A stretch of 10,639 nucleotides of DNA, taken from Candidatus Heimdallarchaeota archaeon. GTDB lineage: Archaea > Asgardarchaeota > Heimdallarchaeia > Heimdallarchaeales > Heimdallarchaeaceae. Positions within the stretch are counted from its first letter, which is position 1. Each line of letters opens with the position of its first letter. The translations under genes and the position numbers were made by a program. This document shows positions 6,934 to 10,639 of this stretch, piece by piece. The DNA lies in the NCBI GenBank assembly GCA_030668875.1, contig DAOVER010000077.1:1-10639 (forward strand), read 5' to 3'. Under the pieces are notes generated by a model. The model was not told the DNA's origin and ran no database searches. It saw only the letters and a program-made list of their open reading frames with translations.

Positions 6934-7950
6934 ATGTCTCAGATTAAGAAAATGTTCACCGAAGTAAGACACTTTAAAATAGGATTACTGAACAAAAAGA
7001 GGGGTAATTTCACATTACAGGAAAAATTTGCAGGTTCTAATACTGTTGTTGACGAAACATGCAAAGAGGTAACTCATCACCGACAAGCTTTGATTGATTC
7101 GGGATATGACGTTTGTACAATAGATTGGGGACCGGATTTTATTGATGATTTAAGAAAAGCAAACGTTGATCTTGTATTTAACGTTTCCAGTATGGTGGAA
7201 GCTGCAATATTAGAAGAGCTTGAGATGCCTTATGTTGGCTCTGATACTTTCGCAATAGCAATTTCAACAGACAAATCACTTACAAAAAGGATGTGGCAGC
7301 ATGCTGGTTTGCCAACATCACCTTTCCATGTAGCAAGAACAGAAGCAGATTGTAGGATTTTTAAGGAAAATCCACCTTTTGATTATCCACTTTTTATAAA
7401 ACCTATAGCAGGAAGAGGTAGTGCCGGAATAAATGAGGACTCTGTTATTGAAAACTATGATCAGCTAGTAAAAGGTGTACTGGAAATATATAAAACCATA
7501 AGACAGCCAGTCTTGATCGAGAGATTCTTAAAAGGAAGGGAAATAACAATCGGTGTTTTAGGTAATAATGAAGATATAAGGGCACTCCCACCTTTGGAGA
7601 TAGTGTGTAGTGAAAGGAATGTCACATTGACATATGATAAGAAAGAAATGGACAATGATAATTTTTTCTGTCCTGCAAAGCTAACAAAAGAAAAAACATT
7701 AGAGCTGCAATTGCTAGCAATTGAAGCTTACAAAGTATTAGGTTTTAGAGATTATGGAAGGATTGATGCTAAATTAACCGAGGACGGACCCTTCCTGCTT
7801 GAAGGAAATACTTTTGCAGGTCTGATGTGCACACCAGTAGAAAAACCTCATAGTTATATTGGATTTATGGCTGCTGCAGAAGGAAAACGTGGCAAAGAAT
7901 TGCTTGATGAAATAGTTTTGGCTGCCATAAAGAGGTGTGATTTAAGATAG
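6934..7950 (+). CDS. D-alanine--D-alanine ligase family ATP-grasp enzyme (non-canonical; substrate uncertain)
   Basis: Motifs LEMPYVGSD, DKSLTKRMW..AGLPT, YPLFIKP..RGSAGI, LIERFLKGREITIGVLGN, YGRIDAK and LLEGNTFAGL. It lacks the canonical LHG..GEDG and YDYEAKY motifs of Ddl. Confidence 0.88.
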   Translation: MSQIKKMFTEVRHFKIGLLNKKRGNFTLQEKFAGSNTVVDETCKEVTHHRQALIDSGYDVCTIDWGPDFIDDLRKANVDLVFNVSSMVEAAILEELEMPYVGSDTFAIAISTDKSLTKRMWQHAGLPTSPFHVARTEADCRIFKENPPFDYPLFIKPIAGRGSAGINEDSVIENYDQLVKGVLEIYKTIRQPVLIERFLKGREITIGVLGNNEDIRALPPLEIVCSERNVTLTYDKKEMDNDNFFCPAKLTKEKTLELQLLAIEAYKVLGFRDYGRIDAKLTEDGPFLLEGNTFAGLMCTPVEKPHSYIGFMAAAEGKRGKELLDEIVLAAIKRCDLR

Positions 7951-7951
7951 A

Positions 7952-9028
7952 GTGACTGTTTTGATAACACCCAGGATAGAGATAGACCTTGCAAAAATTG
8001 CACATAATGCCAAAAAGTTGAAGGAGCTATACAGTTCAAAAGGTATCGGTGTAATTGGTGTCACAAAGGTGGTTTGTGGAGACCCCAGAATTGTTGATGT
8101 CTTGATAAAAAGTGGAATAAATACTCTTGCCGATTCAAGGATAGCCAATATCAGAAGGATGCGTAAGGCAGGCATACAGGCACAGTTTGTCTTATTAAGA
8201 ACACCCATCCCTAGCCAAGCTGAATCAGTAGTAAAGTATGCCAACATTAGTCTTAATTCGGAGCTATCAGTAGTCAAAAGCCTCTCAAAGTTTGCCGTGA
8301 AAAACAACACAACACATAAAATCATTTTAATGGTAGAGTTGGGTGATCTAAGAGAGGGGTTAATGCCTTTGGATTTGGAGGACATAGTAAGAGAGGTAGT
8401 AGAACTTGAAGGGATTGAGCTTTCAGGCATAGGAACAAATCTGGCTTGTTTTGGAGGGATCAAACCGGACGAGGAGAAAATGGACTATTTGTCCTCACTA
8501 GCTAGAGAGGTTGAAGAGAGGTTCAGTCTGACATTGGAGTTTGTTTCAGGTGGGAACTCAGCCAATTATAACTGGTTCATGACCACAGAAGATGTTGGGA
8601 GGATCAATAACTTAAGACTGGGTGAATCGATTTATTTGGGGCGTGAAACCCTCTATAGAACACCCATCCCAGGGTTATTCACAGATGCATTTACACTGGT
8701 TGCAGAGGTCATTGAATCGAAAATAAAGCCATCTGTACCCTATGGAGAGGTTTGTCAAGACGCATTTGGAAATATTCCCAAATTTCAAGATCATGGACAA
8801 ATAAGAAGAGCTATACTTGGAGTTGGATTACAGGATGTTCTAGTTTCCGGACTAACTCCCAGATCGGCGATTAACATCCTTGGAGCGAGCAGTGACCATA
8901 TCATAGTTGATGCAAAGGAGATAGATTTAAATGTGGGAAACGAAGTGGATTTCAGTCTCAATTACGGTGCGTTACTTTCAGCTATGACATCTCCCTATGT
9001 AATGAAAAAATATGTGAATGGTCTATAG
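7952..9028 (+). CDS. Alanine/ornithine racemase family PLP-dependent enzyme (fold type III, Orr-like)
   Basis: PLP lysine in GVTK(39)VVCG. Other motifs: LADSRIANI, MVELGDLREG, GIGTNLACFGG, VSGGNSA, LRLGESI, KPSVPYGE...DAFG, ILGASSDH, YGALLSAMTSPYV. The GTG start lies 1 nt after the ligase stop, indicating an operon. Confidence 0.92.
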   Translation: MTVLITPRIEIDLAKIAHNAKKLKELYSSKGIGVIGVTKVVCGDPRIVDVLIKSGINTLADSRIANIRRMRKAGIQAQFVLLRTPIPSQAESVVKYANISLNSELSVVKSLSKFAVKNNTTHKIILMVELGDLREGLMPLDLEDIVREVVELEGIELSGIGTNLACFGGIKPDEEKMDYLSSLAREVEERFSLTLEFVSGGNSANYNWFMTTEDVGRINNLRLGESIYLGRETLYRTPIPGLFTDAFTLVAEVIESKIKPSVPYGEVCQDAFGNIPKFQDHGQIRRAILGVGLQDVLVSGLTPRSAINILGASSDHIIVDAKEIDLNVGNEVDFSLNYGALLSAMTSPYVMKKYVNGL

Positions 9029-9229
9029 ACTCATTCCTTCAAACATCGTTTTGAGACTTTTATTATCCATTGCTCTTTTCATGAAGGTTGAGCTTTTTTA
9101 TCAAAAATAATGCATTCTTAACTAATCTTCTAAATTGAGAATTTTGGTGATATGAGCTTATATATACCTACAAATACATCTACTAACTCATAATATTATA
9201 CTTCATCTATATATTAAGAGTGGAAAGAA

Positions 9230-10060
9230 ATGAATATAATTTCATCTATTCAGACTCAACATTATCTAATTACAGCTACTGGTGATTTAGGTCCTTTTAA
9301 ATTATCTCTTGAAAATTCTTTAGATATTGACGGAGTTGAATATATTACTATCCAAATGAATGCTGATAAACCCTCACGTCCAACAACTTTAATTTTGTCA
9401 TGGGATCATCCTATGATTAATACTCATTTTAAATGGTTTCCAGGAACCTATCTTAATCGAACAATTCTTCCTGTATGGAGTAAAGATGAATGTATTAGTA
9501 AAGCTACATCGAATGCTCCTGTCTATGCTCTTTTCAGTATGGATGGTACAAATGCTCTTACTTTTGCTCTTTCTGATGCTTTGAATGTAGTGAAGCTTCA
9601 AGCTGGTCTTGATGAACTCACAGCGATGGCTCACTGTGAAATTAAGCTTTTTACCGAACCTATGCCTATGATTAAACAATATGAAGCAAGGATTCGTCTT
9701 GATACTCGAAATATACAATATTATAAGGTGCTGCAAGATGTAAGCAAATGGTGGTCTTCTATGCCAAATTACAAACCAAGCACCATACCAGAGCATGCAA
9801 GTTGCCCAATTTATTCTTCATGGTACAGTTTTCACCAAGATTTATCTCCTGAAAAACTTGAAAAACAGTGCCAACTAGCAAAAGAAATGGATATGGAAGC
9901 AATCATTGTTGATGATGGGTGGCAAACAGATGACAAAAATCGTGGATATGCTTATTGTGGTGACTGGGAAGTTACAAAAAACAAATTACCTAATTTTCAA
10001 GAACATATCAAACGTGTTCATGATGTTCATTTGTCTTCTTGTCTTATTAGACAAAGCTAG
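9230..10060 (+). pseudogene. Alpha-galactosidase (GH36-like, clan GH-D), 3'-truncated by IS insertion
   Basis: YSSWYSFHQ...AKEMDMEAIIVDDGWQ...GDW...KLPNFQEHIKRVH is the start of the GH36/27 TIM barrel. The expected continuation (xG.K..LW) and catalytic Asp residues are absent. The ORF instead ends in a short unrelated tail (VHLSSCLIRQS*) read from the IS end. Confidence 0.8.
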
Positions 10061-10200
10061 GTACATGTCGTGCTTAGAGGTCATCATATAGAGCGAAGAT
10101 ACTCTATACTCACTCTCTGGGGATACATCACGTATCCTCCTACCCCGTTCACCTTGCGTTTAGACAAAGCTTTCGGATCGCTTTTAACTAAAATATTATA
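10021..10200 (-). ncRNA. Candidate TnpB omega-RNA (reRNA) scaffold; 5' limit approximate
   Basis: Three perfect stems lie in the last ~120 nt: GGATAC-N5-GTATCC (10121-10137), TATAGAG-N8-CTCTATA (10087-10108) and TTGTCT-N4-AGACAA (10039-10054). TnpB omega-RNAs are known to derive from the tnpB 3' end and right end. Confidence 0.5.
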
Positions 10201-10638
10201 CGCAGCATTAACATCAGCATTGATCAAGTGTCCTTGAGCAGTTCGGAACAACCCTCGATAGATTCTTTTCCCCTTATACTTCCTGTGAAATTTAGGAAAT
10301 TCATTATCTAAGAAACTGCATTTGGAAGTGTACTTCTCAGGGATAGTCTCCACCTTTATCCCTCGTTCCGCTCCTTTGTACTTTAGAATATTGATAATTC
10401 TTAGAAAAGGGATGGTGACGAACATCTGAGTGGTTTTTTTCCAGAAATGAAGATTCTGTTTCCAGAGAGGGTTGTAACCTATCACCACCTCATGGAGACC
10501 TCTTTCCACCCATACATCAACCAAATATTTGGTTAACTTGTGGATACCATCTTTCAGTTTCCTCCTCCATTTCTCTTTAAGCTTGTAGTAAGCTTGACCG
10601 TATTGTAACTTGTTTCTTGATTGCAGCGATTTCTTCTG
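10084..10638 (-). CDS. tnpB: TnpB RNA-guided endonuclease, C-terminal part (5' end outside window)
   Basis: The frame is open to the window edge: ...KLKDGIHKLTKYLVDVWVERGLHEVVIGYNPLWKQ...FVTIPF...YKGAERGIKVETIPEKYTSKCSFLD...GKRIYRGLFRTAQGHLINADVNAAYNIL. RuvC-III NADVNAA is present. The TTG at 10524 in the track is not the true start. Confidence 0.93.
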   Translation of the reverse strand, partial: QKKSLQSRNKLQYGQAYYKLKEKWRRKLKDGIHKLTKYLVDVWVERGLHEVVIGYNPLWKQNLHFWKKTTQMFVTIPFLRIINILKYKGAERGIKVETIPEKYTSKCSFLDNEFPKFHRKYKGKRIYRGLFRTAQGHLINADVNAAYNILVKSDPKALSKRKVNGVGGYVMYPQRVSIEYLRSI

Positions 10639-10639
10639 C

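Larger units (their letters stand above)
10021..10639 (-). mobile_element. tnpB-carrying insertion sequence (IS200/IS605 or IS607 type), right-end portion
   Basis: tnpB is on the minus strand. Subterminal hairpin TTGTCT-TATT-AGACAA at 10039-10054. Similarity to the glycosidase ends at ~10017-10030, so the boundary at 10021 is approximate. tnpA and the left end are outside the window. Confidence 0.8.

Noticed and set aside
7948-7954. Amber readthrough fusing ligase and racemase
   Set aside because: The two ORFs are in different frames (TAG-A-GTG), so readthrough would not fuse them.
7461-8463. Minus-strand ORFs 7461-7655, 7854-8039 and 7942-8463
   Set aside because: Antisense to the well-supported ligase and racemase genes.
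6934-9028. Calling the operon vanA/vanT-type glycopeptide resistance or canonical ddl/alr
   Set aside because: No vanH/X/R/S or mur genes, the racemase lacks a VanT membrane domain and is Orr-like, and Ddl signature motifs are altered.
10016-10030. GTTCAT-GAT-GTTCAT as a target-site duplication
   Set aside because: Both copies are on the same side of the element, and tnpB-carrying IS families generally do not create TSDs.
9398-10091. ORFs 9398-9796 (-) and 9906-10091 (+)
   Set aside because: They overlap the alpha-galactosidase in antisense or alternative frames and have no motifs.

Overview
AT-rich window that is probably archaeal. An Asgard-like host is inferred from a PCI-like membrane protein, a double-zinc-ribbon membrane protein and TATA-type promoters; taxonomy is not proven. 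Left to right: the 5' end of an MFS transporter missed by the ORF track; an orphan PAS-PAS histidine kinase; a signal-peptide/C-terminal-anchor surface glycoprotein; a multi-pass membrane protein with a Pro-rich linker and zinc ribbon; a small acidic helical-repeat protein; and a membrane protein with a C-terminal PCI-like winged-helix domain. An ~830-bp intergenic region follows, holding a palindrome cluster, a possibly decayed ORF and a 29-bp tandem repeat that spells two head-to-tail bacterial sigma70 promoters (TTGACA-N17-TATACT). Next is a two-gene operon of a non-canonical Ddl-family ATP-grasp ligase and an alanine/ornithine-racemase-family enzyme. The window ends with a GH36-like alpha-galactosidase gene truncated by a tnpB-carrying insertion sequence. 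The TnpB appears to have a rearranged (Fanzor-like) RuvC-II site, and the right end has omega-RNA-like hairpins. All calls come from manual reading and motif recognition; no searches were run.
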